Of a DNA stretch of 64,000 nucleotides, positions 29,180-39,935 are shown piece after piece. The DNA lies in the NCBI GenBank assembly GCA_965207885.1, contig OZ242311.1, positions 2,784,001-2,848,000 of the forward strand, read 5' to 3'. This stretch comes from Candidatus Latescibacterota bacterium. GTDB lineage: Bacteria > Latescibacterota > UBA2968. How positions within the stretch are numbered: the first letter of the stretch is position 1; each line of letters opens with the position of its first letter. The notes below the pieces were generated by a model. That model was given only the letters and a program-made list of their open reading frames with translations, searched no databases and was not told where the DNA came from. The position numbers and the translations under genes were made by a program.

Positions 29180-29975
29180 CTACGCCTTCTCCCACGTCTC
29201 ATACCACTTCCGGTACCCCGTCTCCACGGGTTCGATATCGCCCACCTCAAACTCCAGTGCATAGTCCCGATCGTAGCCCAGTGCTTCTACCTGATCCCAC
29301 ACCCAGTGATAATCGATAATACCGTCACCGAGCATGCAACGCTCCCACTTCCCTTCCGAGTTGTAATCGCCATCCTTGATATGCACATGCACGATATAAT
29401 CCTTAAACACTTCGAAAGCGGACTTATAATCTGCACCTGCAGCCATCAAATTGCACGGCTCGTACAAAATTCCAAAATACTCTGAATCGACCTTCTCACA
29501 AATCTCCTGACAAGCCTCTGGATTACCAGAAATTTCAGTGCCGTGATTCTCAATCCCCATGTAAATACCCAATTTCTCGGCGTACTCCGCGGATTCCTGA
29601 AAATAGGGCACTATCGTATCAATCGAAGCGCGTTTGCCATCACCCGGCATAATGCGAATGGACTTTGAACCAAACGCCTTCCCCCACATCCAGCGTCTTT
29701 TTCATCTCATCCATTGCAGCCTGCCTGTCATCTTCCGAATCGGCGACAAAATCTCGCCCGCAGTACGACCCGATATTTGCCAACACCACGCCGTACTTAT
29801 CGCATACCCGACGCAGTTCGTCCATATCGTAATCGGGGTCCGTCACCGAAAAGTGCGGCATGCGCCCCACCAGATCAATTTTGTCAAACCCCGCTTCGGC
29901 AATCACCTTAAACGTATAATCCAGATCGCTTTCCCGAAGCGGAAAACTACACGCTGAAATGCGCGTCACATCCAT
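29180..29975 (-). pseudogene. Sugar phosphate isomerase/epimerase, frameshifted at a G5 run (29681-29685)
   Basis: Removing one G joins KKTLDVG to KAFGSKSIR; ENH, HVHIKD, LEFE motifs. Confidence 0.8.
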
Positions 29976-29976
29976 T

Positions 29977-32220
29977 TCAATCCTCCTCCACGGCATAATC
30001 CACAAAAATTGGACTGCTCCAGGCCATCTCCATATCGGTTTGCACCACGCGAACATAATACGGATTGATACCCGGCTTTGCGTCTTCATCAGTAAAATCG
30101 AACGACACCTCTCCCGCGGCCTGTGCCTCGGGTGCGAAATCAATGGTCACGCGCCGATTCAATGGACCGAGTTCCATTGTCACCGGACCATTTTCCAGAT
30201 CACTTGTCCCAACGTGAAATCCGACCTTTTCAGCCGGCGCATAAGACATGCGCCTCGGCGGTTTGATACCCTGATCGCCGAATAAGGGACCGGTAATAAC
30301 CGAAGTATTCACCACGCATTCAATATCCACATCGCCATCGCCCGGCAAGTCGAGAATAAGACCACTGCGATACCCACACGCCACAGAATACCAGCGCAAC
30401 CCCTCATCGGTCACATCAAAAACGCGAGATCGCGGACTGTCAAACCGAATCTTTTCAACACCATTAATCGCGCGCCCCGAAACCCTCAGAGTCCCCTCCC
30501 AGATCACGCCGGAATAACTGCTCTTGCGACTCGCGCCCTCCCACAAAATACGCACGCGATTGCGGTCTTTTGCCCCTTCAGTCGGATGGCTGTAAATCCG
30601 TTCCAATCCGCGGTACAATTCTACAGATTCATACGGCGCAGTACCCGCTACAAAAGCCGAGATACGCGGTGTATTTCCCGTTGTGAACTCCTCCCCCATC
30701 CAATGGTCCTCACACGAAGTATGCAGCAAAATTCGCGCACCTGTCGTCGCGTAAATGCGCCTCGCTTTGTACGCGTCCAGAACACTTTCAATCGTCAACT
30801 CGGGCGCGTAAACCGCAGCCAATCCCGCCTTGGCATAACGCCGGTGCTGAAAACCCGGCGTATCCCCGCCTGGTCGTCCGTTGTGGCTATCACTCCCGCC
30901 GAAAAATCCCATGCGATAATTGCGCTCAAGTGTCTCCTGCAAAATCCACTCAAATGTCCCGTGATCCGAAGTTACTTCCACAGCGGGTTCCAGATAGGGA
31001 TCGTGGTATTGCAAATCGGAATGCTCGCCGCCCACATGAGCCGTAATCACCGTATCCGTCCCGCGATACGCTTCATAGACCTCTGTAATATGCCTCAAAT
31101 CCGTATCTTCGTCCGACTTGTCAGCCAGGCCCTCATGTCCAGACCGACGGATGGGCTGATCGTGCCGCCGAAAATACACGTTGTGATGTCCACCCCGCGT
31201 GGTTTGTGCCGACCACTCAAAGCCCGGCAAAGCGACAAATTGCCCCGGCTGATTATACGCGCGTTCCGTCTCTTGCTGCAACACCCAATCGCGTTTGCTC
31301 AAAACGTGATCATTGCGCTGATACCCCGCAAAGTGGATCGCTGCAACATCTCGCGCATACCTGAAAAAATCGGGAATCTTCTCCGCCATAGCCACCTGAC
31401 CGCCGTGTGAGTCTCCCCAATACAGCGCGAATTGCGGTGCTGCATTGCGGCACGCAATCGGATTGCTCTGCGCGACCAGCGTACCATCATCGGCATCGAC
31501 ACGGTGAATCCCACCGCGCTCTACCACACATTCATCCACCCACCGCACACCCCCTTCTGCATCGCCAAAACTCGCGGTTTGCGGCACGCGCACATCATTG
31601 CCATTGAGTGCCACATCCCCGCGATAAGAGACCGCTGGATTACCCCAGGCATCTTCGGCCTTGACCTGAATGCGAAACGGTTTGCCAGACTCGACAATAG
31701 ACGGCGCATTGATCACCAGCTTTACAGCCTCGCCCCCCACAATGCGCAAAGACGGCGGATTGGGCAATATCGCGGCCTCGCCATCTCCCGCATCGACAGC
31801 CACCCAGAAAAAGTGCTGCGCCTCGGCAAAAGTCTGCGACCGAAACCCCGGTCCGCCACCTGTCGTATCGCCATAAGTCACCGAAACCTGCTCGCCCTCT
31901 GCCAAAGCGCGCCCATTTACAGTCAGCAAAAGCGACATCATACTCTGCACCAGAGCACCCACACGCGCTTCTCTCGGCGCGTCAACCGTCAAATAATCTG
32001 CCCCCGCGGGATCATCCATCTGAGGGGTTGCGCGGTCTGAATCCGCATCCGTATAAATCCGAATCGTCCCTCCTTTCGCAACCCCTTTTTCCCCTGCCGT
32101 ATAAGTCAGCGTCCATGTGCCACAGGACCCGGACACCACATTTTCCGATGGACTCACTGTCGCACTCCCATATAACTTTTTTACTTCTGCACCAGACATA
32201 ATCGCACTCCCCTTTACCAA
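29977..32220 (-). CDS. DUF3604/PHP-like metallohydrolase
   Basis: YWGDSHG, GFEWS, GHHNV, GGSDSH, RRIYATTG, AWSSP. Confidence 0.75.
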   Translation of the reverse strand: MVKGSAIMSGAEVKKLYGSATVSPSENVVSGSCGTWTLTYTAGEKGVAKGGTIRIYTDADSDRATPQMDDPAGADYLTVDAPREARVGALVQSMMSLLLTVNGRALAEGEQVSVTYGDTTGGGPGFRSQTFAEAQHFFWVAVDAGDGEAAILPNPPSLRIVGGEAVKLVINAPSIVESGKPFRIQVKAEDAWGNPAVSYRGDVALNGNDVRVPQTASFGDAEGGVRWVDECVVERGGIHRVDADDGTLVAQSNPIACRNAAPQFALYWGDSHGGQVAMAEKIPDFFRYARDVAAIHFAGYQRNDHVLSKRDWVLQQETERAYNQPGQFVALPGFEWSAQTTRGGHHNVYFRRHDQPIRRSGHEGLADKSDEDTDLRHITEVYEAYRGTDTVITAHVGGEHSDLQYHDPYLEPAVEVTSDHGTFEWILQETLERNYRMGFFGGSDSHNGRPGGDTPGFQHRRYAKAGLAAVYAPELTIESVLDAYKARRIYATTGARILLHTSCEDHWMGEEFTTGNTPRISAFVAGTAPYESVELYRGLERIYSHPTEGAKDRNRVRILWEGASRKSSYSGVIWEGTLRVSGRAINGVEKIRFDSPRSRVFDVTDEGLRWYSVACGYRSGLILDLPGDGDVDIECVVNTSVITGPLFGDQGIKPPRRMSYAPAEKVGFHVGTSDLENGPVTMELGPLNRRVTIDFAPEAQAAGEVSFDFTDEDAKPGINPYYVRVVQTDMEMAWSSPIFVDYAVEED

Positions 32221-34175
32221 CCGTGAACAAAATGCCTGCTATCTGGAAACCAGATCGCATCCACAACACTCGATAGCGCAATGCCAAATAAATACCCGAC
32301 AATAGCACCATACCAGAACGGCAGCGACCGCCTGTAAAGCTGCACGCCCCCAAATCGCAACACAGCCACCTTCACCAGCCACACGAGCAACAAACAAAAC
32401 GCATATCGCCCGGGCGGAAATGCAATGGCAACCGGATGAAAAGGCCACCACGCAAACTGCGAACGCAAATAAGTCAAAACACCTGCTTCTGCAAACCCAA
32501 ACAACCACACACCGAGCTTTTGCGTATCAAAAACCGATATTTTACTGCCTTCAATATAGGGCACCCGCGAAATGAGTGAATCCATAGGCCACGACACCAG
32601 CAGCCCATTCAACCCGCCTTCGTCATAACACCGAAACAAATAAAAACCACCCGCACTCATATACCCGACCAAATACGCCAGCGGCACCATCCCCCATATC
32701 CACGGATGCCGGCGTAGCGAATTGCCAAACATGCGAAAAATATGCGGAATAGCAGCCAGACAGGTCGTTCGGATTGAGGCTCCCAAAAACACATTGCGAT
32801 TGAACAAAATCAGCATCGACTGCGACGTGGGCGAAAGTCTCGAGGTGCCAATCACGGAGTGAATCAGCGCCACGCCTTTACCACCAGCGGGATTGAGATA
32901 GGTAAATCCGGTTGCGGCCGCGTATTTCGCAATGCCGAAATAACACATAAACATCAGAATGAGTTGCCCCACCATCGCCCAGAACCCCACCCCCGAGGAC
33001 ATCATCCAGCCGCCGACACCAACCGTTGCCAATCCCAGCCCAACCCATGCCGTGCGATACGTAACGGGCACGCCATCATCAACGGTGCGGGAACGGTTTA
33101 AAGCCTTTTGCACCGTCTCCCTTAAGTGCTTCCGCGCAACCCACACCGACCACAACACCAGACACGCCAGCGCACCGTGCATCTCGAGCATCGCAATCTC
33201 ACCGGCCTTGGCGGGCTGCCCCTCTAATCCCACCGTAAAGCCCGTTCGATTCAGCAGCCCAACCTTAAAAATATTGATCACATTGTAAAACCACACACTG
33301 AACAAAATATCGGCCGGACAAAGATATGCCAGGCCCATAATCAGCGGCTGCACGCGCAAATAATACGCAGGAAAATACGGACCCAAATCCACAGCTTTGG
33401 TGAGATAATGATCAAAAATCGTAATCCGGGGCATATTTAGCTGAAAATAACCCACAATATTCCAGCAAATCACACCGCCCACACACCAGAACCCGATCCA
33501 GAAAATTTTGTCTCGCAACACAGCGGGCACGCGGCCTTCATCTGCGCCCTCGATCAAAGCCACGGGAAATTCGGACATGGGAAAAACCAGACGCTCTTTT
33601 TCCTGCCACTGCTTAAAAAAAAGCACGCTGCCAAAAAATCCCGCCATCACCGCGCTAATACAGCCAACAAACCACCAGAAAAAAGGCCGCACCCACAGCA
33701 ACCACGGCACTGGATCGCCGCGATGACGCCCGGTGTACACCGCCCGCACATCGGGTATATTGGCGTCCAAAAAGAACCACCTGGGCAAAAAGGGAATGAC
33801 TGTATCTCGCAAGCGATTTTCCGGCGAAGCGAAAAACTCGGGCGACGGAATCAGACTCACCGCATAAAACCCCCACCCCACCGCTGGCAAACTGCCGACA
33901 ATCCACATCATCGAAAAAATCGTGAGCAACTCAATGCGAGACAGCGCGAATCGCGGCGCGAAATGAATCAGCCCCACATTTATCCCCACCCACATCACAA
34001 AGGGAATCAAAGCAGCCACGGGCAAATAGCTCTTGACCAGATTCCCCGCAAAATAGCTCATATACCACGTCGCAACCGCAATGGTCACCAGCCCCAACAA
34101 AATAGACCGAAACGTTATCGTATCCGGCGCGGGAGAGGTTTCTGCTTGTATTTCAGATGAAAGGGCCATAAACAT
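32214..34175 (-). CDS. DUF6785/DUF6784-like polytopic membrane protein
   Basis: Many TM helices; QWQEKERLVFP, WWPFHPV, RFGGVQLYR motifs. Confidence 0.7.
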   Translation of the reverse strand: MFMALSSEIQAETSPAPDTITFRSILLGLVTIAVATWYMSYFAGNLVKSYLPVAALIPFVMWVGINVGLIHFAPRFALSRIELLTIFSMMWIVGSLPAVGWGFYAVSLIPSPEFFASPENRLRDTVIPFLPRWFFLDANIPDVRAVYTGRHRGDPVPWLLWVRPFFWWFVGCISAVMAGFFGSVLFFKQWQEKERLVFPMSEFPVALIEGADEGRVPAVLRDKIFWIGFWCVGGVICWNIVGYFQLNMPRITIFDHYLTKAVDLGPYFPAYYLRVQPLIMGLAYLCPADILFSVWFYNVINIFKVGLLNRTGFTVGLEGQPAKAGEIAMLEMHGALACLVLWSVWVARKHLRETVQKALNRSRTVDDGVPVTYRTAWVGLGLATVGVGGWMMSSGVGFWAMVGQLILMFMCYFGIAKYAAATGFTYLNPAGGKGVALIHSVIGTSRLSPTSQSMLILFNRNVFLGASIRTTCLAAIPHIFRMFGNSLRRHPWIWGMVPLAYLVGYMSAGGFYLFRCYDEGGLNGLLVSWPMDSLISRVPYIEGSKISVFDTQKLGVWLFGFAEAGVLTYLRSQFAWWPFHPVAIAFPPGRYAFCLLLVWLVKVAVLRFGGVQLYRRSLPFWYGAIVGYLFGIALSSVVDAIWFPDSRHFVHGW

Positions 34176-34219
34176 TGTCAGAAGCGGTGTAAAACTGGTC
34201 GATTTCCAGACCAGTTCAT

Positions 34220-34254
34220 CAGGATAAGCAGGATGAAAGGATGAACAGGATTAA
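34220..34254. repeat. Degenerate 9-mer tandem repeat (CAGGATRAR x4)
   Basis: caggataag caggatgaa aggatgaa caggattaa. Confidence 0.55.
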
Positions 34255-34397
34255 AACCCGTAGGTCAGAGTAATAAGCGGATAAAAGACCCAAAAGCCAT
34301 AAAAGACGCGAATAATTTGAGCGTCTGCACAGAAGTCAGAAAAAACGACCGCTCAATATAACACGGAATACGGGGGGATTCAAGAACGAGATTGGAG

Positions 34398-34532
34398 ATG
34401 GGATACAACTATCTGGGCAATGGACGGATGGTGGATGCACATATTCGTCGCATGCGCATAAAACTGGGCACAGCACAGGAAATGATTCGCACGGTGCGAG
34501 GCCTGGGATACTGTTTTAAGTCGATTGAGTAA
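34398..34532 (+). pseudogene. OmpR/PhoB winged-helix C-terminal fragment (44 aa)
   Basis: GYNYLGNGRMVDAHIRRMRIKLG...IRTVRGLGYCF; below ORF-track cutoff. Confidence 0.75.
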
Positions 34533-34554
34533 ACCCGTCCATCTTTCTCCCCCT

Positions 34555-34595
34555 AACGGGACGTATGTTCTTTTGAGCACACGTCCCGTTTTTTT
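34555..34595 (+). terminator. Intrinsic terminator
   Basis: AACGGGACGT...ACGTCCCGTT plus T run. Confidence 0.75.
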
Positions 34596-34639
34596 GTATA
34601 ATAAAGGTAAGGATATATCTCACTTCCACGGAGGTCGCT

Positions 34640-35170
34640 GTGTTAGATTTACAAATCTTAAAGCAATTGCCGCGAGAGACCGTATGGGAAGATGTGGCAA
34701 GTCCACTGGGACCGTTGACCGTGTTGGCCTCGGATAATGGCGTACATGCGATTGCATTTGAAGGTGATCGCACGGAACAGGCGAAGACAAATTTGCCTCG
34801 CGCTGTGAATCATCCGATCATAAATACGGCGGCCGAACAACTCGCGATGTATTTTGAGGGAACGCTGAAAGTCTTCGATTTGCCACTGGATTTACGCGGA
34901 ACAAATTTTCAGAAGCGCGTGTGGAAATTATTGCTGGATATACCCTTTGGACAAACGCGAACCTATGGTGACATCGCCCGCGCATTGGGCAATGCGGACG
35001 CATCGCAAGCCGTGGGCGCGGCCAATGGCAAAAATCCCGTGGCAATAGTGGTACCGTGTCACCGCGTAATCGGTGCATCCGGTCATCTCACGGGATATGC
35101 TGGGGGGATGGAGAAGAAAAAATTTCTGCTAACACATGAAGGCGTGATTCAACCGACGCTATTTGGATGA
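34640..35170 (+). CDS. ogt: Methylated-DNA--protein-cysteine methyltransferase
   Basis: [24 protein letters not shown]. Confidence 0.93.
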   Translation: MLDLQILKQLPRETVWEDVASPLGPLTVLASDNGVHAIAFEGDRTEQAKTNLPRAVNHPIINTAAEQLAMYFEGTLKVFDLPLDLRGTNFQKRVWKLLLDIPFGQTRTYGDIARALGNADASQAVGAANGKNPVAIVVPCHRVIGASGHLTGYAGGMEKKKFLLTHEGVIQPTLFG

Positions 35171-35199
35171 TTGCTGACAACTTTTTTAAGGAGCTTAAA

Positions 35200-36396
35200 A
35201 TGGCTGAAGGACATAAATTGACCATGTTGGGAACTGGACTGATCGGAATGTTTTACACCATGACCTTGCACAGACATCGGGGAATTGATCGCGTACAGGT
35301 CGTGTATTCGCGGACCGAAGAACGCGCCAGGACATTTGCGGAAGAATGGGACATCCCCAGATGGACAACGGATCTCAAAACCGCAATTGAAGACGAGGAA
35401 ACCGACGGCGTGGTAATCGGCTTACCCAACGATCTACACCTCGAAGCCGCAAAACTCGCGGCACAGGCTGGCAAAGCCGTATTTTGTACCAAACCCCTCG
35501 GCCGCACCGCTGAGGAAGCCCGGCAAATTCTGAATGCAGTGGAAAAAGCAGGTGTATTTGGCGGATATTTAGAAGACCTGGTATATCCTCCCAAAACCCT
35601 AAAAGCTCTTGAATCCGTGAAAAATGGCGCATTGGGCCGCATCTTGTGGGTGCGATCGCGCGAAACGCACCCCGGTCCCCACAGCGATTGGTTCTGGGAC
35701 ATAGACAAAGCAGGTGGCGGCGCAATTGTCGATATGGGATGTCACTGCATCGAAATCATTCGCAACTTCATCGGCAAAGGCATTCGCCCGGTCGAAGCGA
35801 TGTGCTGGTCCGACACACTCGTACATCCAGTCGAAGCAGAGGATCACGGGATTGGATTAATCAAATTTGAAAATGGATCCATGGGCCAATTCGAGGTCGG
35901 ATGGGCATTTCGCGGAGGCATGGACCTGCGGGACGAAGTCGCGGGCACAGAAGGAACAATCTGGCTCAACCACTGGTTGCGCACGGGATTTGACATGTTC
36001 ACAGCCGTGGGACAAGGGGGTTATGTAGCGGAAAAAGCCGAAGGCGATACGGGATGGCTCTTCCCCGTGGGAGACGAAGTCGCCGAACTGGGATATTCGG
36101 ACATGTTTGTAGATATGTTCAACGCCTGGGATGAAGGACGCGAACCAATGGAAACACTGTATGATGGCTATGTCGTCAATGCGATTATAGATGCGTGTTA
36201 CAAATCGGCAAAAACAAAACAATGGGAACCGATAGAAATGGAATGGCGCGGCGGTGAAGTAGATCGGGAAACCGCATCGGCCGAACCAGACGCACCATTT
36301 GTCACCCTGAAAACCGAGCGCATGCCCGATGGACGCCTGAAGCGAATTGTAAAAGACAAAGAAACCGGTGAGATCAGCGAGCGGATTGAAGAATAA
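35200..36396 (+). CDS. Gfo/Idh/MocA oxidoreductase
   Basis: [22 protein letters not shown]. Confidence 0.9.
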   Translation: MAEGHKLTMLGTGLIGMFYTMTLHRHRGIDRVQVVYSRTEERARTFAEEWDIPRWTTDLKTAIEDEETDGVVIGLPNDLHLEAAKLAAQAGKAVFCTKPLGRTAEEARQILNAVEKAGVFGGYLEDLVYPPKTLKALESVKNGALGRILWVRSRETHPGPHSDWFWDIDKAGGGAIVDMGCHCIEIIRNFIGKGIRPVEAMCWSDTLVHPVEAEDHGIGLIKFENGSMGQFEVGWAFRGGMDLRDEVAGTEGTIWLNHWLRTGFDMFTAVGQGGYVAEKAEGDTGWLFPVGDEVAELGYSDMFVDMFNAWDEGREPMETLYDGYVVNAIIDACYKSAKTKQWEPIEMEWRGGEVDRETASAEPDAPFVTLKTERMPDGRLKRIVKDKETGEISERIEE

Positions 36397-36398
36397 CT

Positions 36399-37223
36399 AT
36401 GGAACGCGTATTAATTGCTGATGAGGTAGCCCTGCAGGGCAAAATCGCGCAATTGAACAGCCATACGAAAACCGAACAACTGTGTGTGGTCAGCGATTGG
36501 GACCGCACATTGACAAAAGCGCGAACAGAAGATGGGCAAGATGCGACCTCCTATTCGGTAATTGCGCACGGAGCCTATTTGGGAGAGGCGTATCGCGTTG
36601 AAATGGATCGTCTGTACGCGCGGTATCGCCCCGTTGAAATATCGCAGACAATCTCGCACCGCGAAAAGCAAAAAGCCATGCGCAAATGGTGGGCAGCGGC
36701 ACTTGCGATGATGCAGAAATACGGCCTGACTGAAGATATAATAGAAGACATTGCTATCCGTGATTTCATGCGCTTGCGCGATGGTTCCATCGATCTTTTT
36801 AAAATATTGGCAGACAGAGAGATACCTCTATCAATTTTATCCGCGGGCATTGGCAACGTCATTTCAAAATTCTTAAAAGTCAGATCATTGCTCACCTCAA
36901 ATGTAACAATAACGGCAAACAAATTGATATTCGATACACACGGCGCGGTTGCGGGATTTTGCGAACCGGTAATCCACAGCTTTAACAAAGCGCGTCATGC
37001 AAATACACCACAAGGCTGCGTCCTTCTCCTGGGAGACACCATAGAAGATGCACAGATGGTGAACGACGCCGATACAGACTGTGTCATTCGCGTGGGATTT
37101 TTGAACGAATCGGTCGAAGAAAATCGCGCTGCATATCTGCGCGCTTACGATATTGTAATCTGCAACGATGCATCTATGGCACCCGTGATAGAACTGTTGA
37201 GGAAATCTCTTGACACCATTTGA
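36399..37223 (+). CDS. Pyrimidine 5'-nucleotidase (UMPH-1/cN-III-like HAD)
   Basis: VVSDWDRTLT, MRKWW, SAG, IHSFNK, LLLGD, VGFLN, YDIV. Confidence 0.75.
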   Translation: MERVLIADEVALQGKIAQLNSHTKTEQLCVVSDWDRTLTKARTEDGQDATSYSVIAHGAYLGEAYRVEMDRLYARYRPVEISQTISHREKQKAMRKWWAAALAMMQKYGLTEDIIEDIAIRDFMRLRDGSIDLFKILADREIPLSILSAGIGNVISKFLKVRSLLTSNVTITANKLIFDTHGAVAGFCEPVIHSFNKARHANTPQGCVLLLGDTIEDAQMVNDADTDCVIRVGFLNESVEENRAAYLRAYDIVICNDASMAPVIELLRKSLDTI

Positions 37224-37989
37224 AGCCATGCTCTTAGGACTATTGCAAGGGCTAACCGAATTTTTGCCCGTAAGCAGTTCGGGGCATCTCGCTTTGGGAC
37301 AAGCGGCCTGGGACATCCAAACCGGTAATATAACCTTTGAAGTGATTGTACACTTTGGGACTTTGTTGGCTATAGTAACCGCATTGCGAGTGCGAATCAG
37401 CAACCTACTCGTCGGATGTTTGCGACGCGATAGCGCATCCTGGCACACAATCTACCTGTTGATAATCGGCTCCATTCCCGCAGGCATCGTGGGAATCCTG
37501 TTCAAAGACATCCTCAAAGAGGCTTTCGCCAGTCCAGTCGCCGTATGCGGATTCTTGATCGCGACCGGCTGTATTTTGTGGAGCACGCGGTTTGCGAGGG
37601 GTGACCGCATGAAAATTACATTTTTAGACGCCATTTTAATCGGCTTTGCACAGGCCCTCGCCGTATTGCCGGGAATTTCCAGATCGGGTTCAACCATTGG
37701 CATGGGCCTGTGGCGCGGGCTGGATGGCCGCGAAGCCGCAACATTTTCTTTTTTACTCTCCATCCCCATCATTTTTGGCGCAACCGCATTAGAAGTTGGC
37801 GGCCTGCTCGCCCATCCCCCGCAAATGAACGCGCTATGGCCCCTGCTGATTGGTGCTATTGTCGCTTATGCATCCGGCGTATTTGCCATTCGATGGCTCC
37901 TAAGCTCTCTCAGTGGCGGACATTTTGCACAATTTGCCTATTATTGCTGGCTCATCGGCCTGGTGGGCATAGCGTATTTTGGAAAGTGA
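37210..37989 (+). CDS. uppP: Undecaprenyl-diphosphate phosphatase
   Basis: QGLTEFLPVSSSGHL, PGISRSG, FSFLLSIP. Confidence 0.95.
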   Translation: MTPFEAMLLGLLQGLTEFLPVSSSGHLALGQAAWDIQTGNITFEVIVHFGTLLAIVTALRVRISNLLVGCLRRDSASWHTIYLLIIGSIPAGIVGILFKDILKEAFASPVAVCGFLIATGCILWSTRFARGDRMKITFLDAILIGFAQALAVLPGISRSGSTIGMGLWRGLDGREAATFSFLLSIPIIFGATALEVGGLLAHPPQMNALWPLLIGAIVAYASGVFAIRWLLSSLSGGHFAQFAYYCWLIGLVGIAYFGK

Positions 37990-37996
37990 ATAATCC

Positions 37997-38377
37997 ATGA
38001 GATGGCTGATCGCGTGCCTTTTGCTCGGCTGTGGGGGCGTTCCCATATCGCCCGAGAACGATCTTCTTTCGGATTTTATGTCCATTGCCAACGTACACCG
38101 CGAGCCGATCCACAATTCGGCGGGTGATATTGTGGGAGTCAATATCCTGGCCGAAGTCGTTAATACGGGACCAGTACCGATAATCAGCCCTTTTATCATG
38201 ACCTGGAAATTGCGGACCGCTAACAGCGAAGAAATAGCCCGCACAACCCATCGGTTTTCCAGATTTGACGCGGGACAGGTGCAGAAAATTGCATTGACAA
38301 TGGAATTTGCCCCGCGTTCGAATCTATCGAACGTGCAGAATGTGGTGACATTTGATTTTGAGGAAATCCGTCAGTAG
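37997..38377 (+). CDS. Hypothetical lipoprotein
   Basis: LLGC lipobox; beta-rich. Confidence 0.6.
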   Translation: MRWLIACLLLGCGGVPISPENDLLSDFMSIANVHREPIHNSAGDIVGVNILAEVVNTGPVPIISPFIMTWKLRTANSEEIARTTHRFSRFDAGQVQKIALTMEFAPRSNLSNVQNVVTFDFEEIRQ

Positions 38378-38471
38378 CCAGCTAACTACTGATACCCCCC
38401 TTGCCCGATACAGTCTTGGCGTGTATATTGTTGCGTCAAACGCGCCGTATCACACAACAGAGGACACAGCG

Positions 38472-38912
38472 ATGAAATATATCATTGGGTTTTTGTCCGT
38501 CTTTTTTTTATTTGGATGTTCTAAAGACGACTCTGCTGGATCGCGGGTTTTTATTCCCGAAGATTTAGTCGTCTTGGGCAACCCATCCATTATAGGCGAG
38601 GCTGCGGGTACACCTGAAAGTCCATCGAGCTTTATTCGCATTAGTGGTAATCTTGACAGTCAATCGGGTTTGGAACTCACGGGCCTTAAGGTGAGCGTGC
38701 GTGTGTTGGGTGAAAACGACACCTTGTTGGGGATGAGCGAAGATGTATGTACACCCGCTGAAATAGCCCCTGGAGGATCGTGTACTTTTTTATCAGCCGT
38801 TGTATTGGCCAACGTGGATTTCAGGGATAGTCAATCAATTGAGATTACGCCAGCTTGCGATCAGGGCACTGGCACACTGCGACTGATTCCCGTGCTTTGG
38901 CCTGATCCATAG
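38472..38912 (+). CDS. Hypothetical lipoprotein (Ig-like)
   Basis: MKYII...LFGC lipobox; GAGG RBS; IAPGGSCTF. Confidence 0.6.
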   Translation: MKYIIGFLSVFFLFGCSKDDSAGSRVFIPEDLVVLGNPSIIGEAAGTPESPSSFIRISGNLDSQSGLELTGLKVSVRVLGENDTLLGMSEDVCTPAEIAPGGSCTFLSAVVLANVDFRDSQSIEITPACDQGTGTLRLIPVLWPDP

Positions 38913-38926
38913 AAAGGAGTATTATT

Positions 38927-39922
38927 GTGGCAGAGGTGATTTTATCGGGTTTTGCCGACGAAGGACCGGAGAGCAAGCGTGCCGAAGAGCAATTTACGAT
39001 GATGCGCGCGCTCGGCCTGTCTTATTACACCATACGGTTTATCGACGTGGGCAACGGGGTAAAGAACGCAATGGAATTGACCGCGCAGGAGATTGTACAA
39101 CTCCAAAAATTGCACGGTGAATTTGGTATTTCGGTATCGAGCATTGGTTCCCCGCTTGGAAAAGTAAAATTGCTGGACGTGGATGACGGGACCGACAATC
39201 GCTATGTGCCGTTTAAGGAGTATTTGGAGACAGATGTCAAACGCGCCATCGAACTCGCCCATGCATTCGACACAAAACTCATCCGCGGCTTTAGCTATTA
39301 CCACCCGCATGGGACCGATCCCTGGCCGCATCTAAATCAAGCGGCAGATCAGCTCTCAGAAATTGTAGCCCTGTGTGCAAGCGAAGGCCTGATCTACGGT
39401 TCTGAAGTGGAATCGCATTTAATCGGTGGAGATGGCGAAACACTGATCGCATTGCACGAAAAGATCGACAGTCCCAACACCTGCATCATCATGGATGTGG
39501 GCAACATGGAAAGCATAGGACACAGCCCGGACAGCGTTTTTGCCGAATATGAAAAAACAAAGCCCGGATTGGGATGGATCCACATTAAAGGATTTAACGC
39601 GCCTGCCAACCAGCCGATGCTGGACCGCGCAACAGAGCGAGGTCTGACGCGGTTTATCCCTGTCGATCAAGGCGATGCCGGACATGAAATGGTCCTGCGG
39701 GATTTTAAGACACTCGTGCCGCGCCTGCAAAGCCAGTTTCAGGAACTGGGGGTGCCGGGTGTATTTATCGATCTGGAACCGCATGTAAAGGGCGGTGGAC
39801 AATTTGGCGGCTTTAGTGGTATTGATGGTTTTGGCGTGGCATTCCGCGCCCTGTGCAATTTACTGGACTATATGGGATATGAATATCACCTGACGAGTTA
39901 CGAAGACTTGACCATGCCGTAA
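38927..39922 (+). CDS. Sugar phosphate isomerase/epimerase (TIM barrel)
   Basis: LSGFADE, SSIGSPLGK, IRGFS, IHIK, LEPH. Confidence 0.8.
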   Translation: MAEVILSGFADEGPESKRAEEQFTMMRALGLSYYTIRFIDVGNGVKNAMELTAQEIVQLQKLHGEFGISVSSIGSPLGKVKLLDVDDGTDNRYVPFKEYLETDVKRAIELAHAFDTKLIRGFSYYHPHGTDPWPHLNQAADQLSEIVALCASEGLIYGSEVESHLIGGDGETLIALHEKIDSPNTCIIMDVGNMESIGHSPDSVFAEYEKTKPGLGWIHIKGFNAPANQPMLDRATERGLTRFIPVDQGDAGHEMVLRDFKTLVPRLQSQFQELGVPGVFIDLEPHVKGGGQFGGFSGIDGFGVAFRALCNLLDYMGYEYHLTSYEDLTMP

Positions 39923-39935
39923 AATGGAGGTTGTA

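Noticed and set aside
30586-32040. Long antisense ORFs (274 and 202 aa) and similar shadow ORFs elsewhere
   Set aside because: They lie opposite well-supported genes and show no motifs; explained by codon bias.
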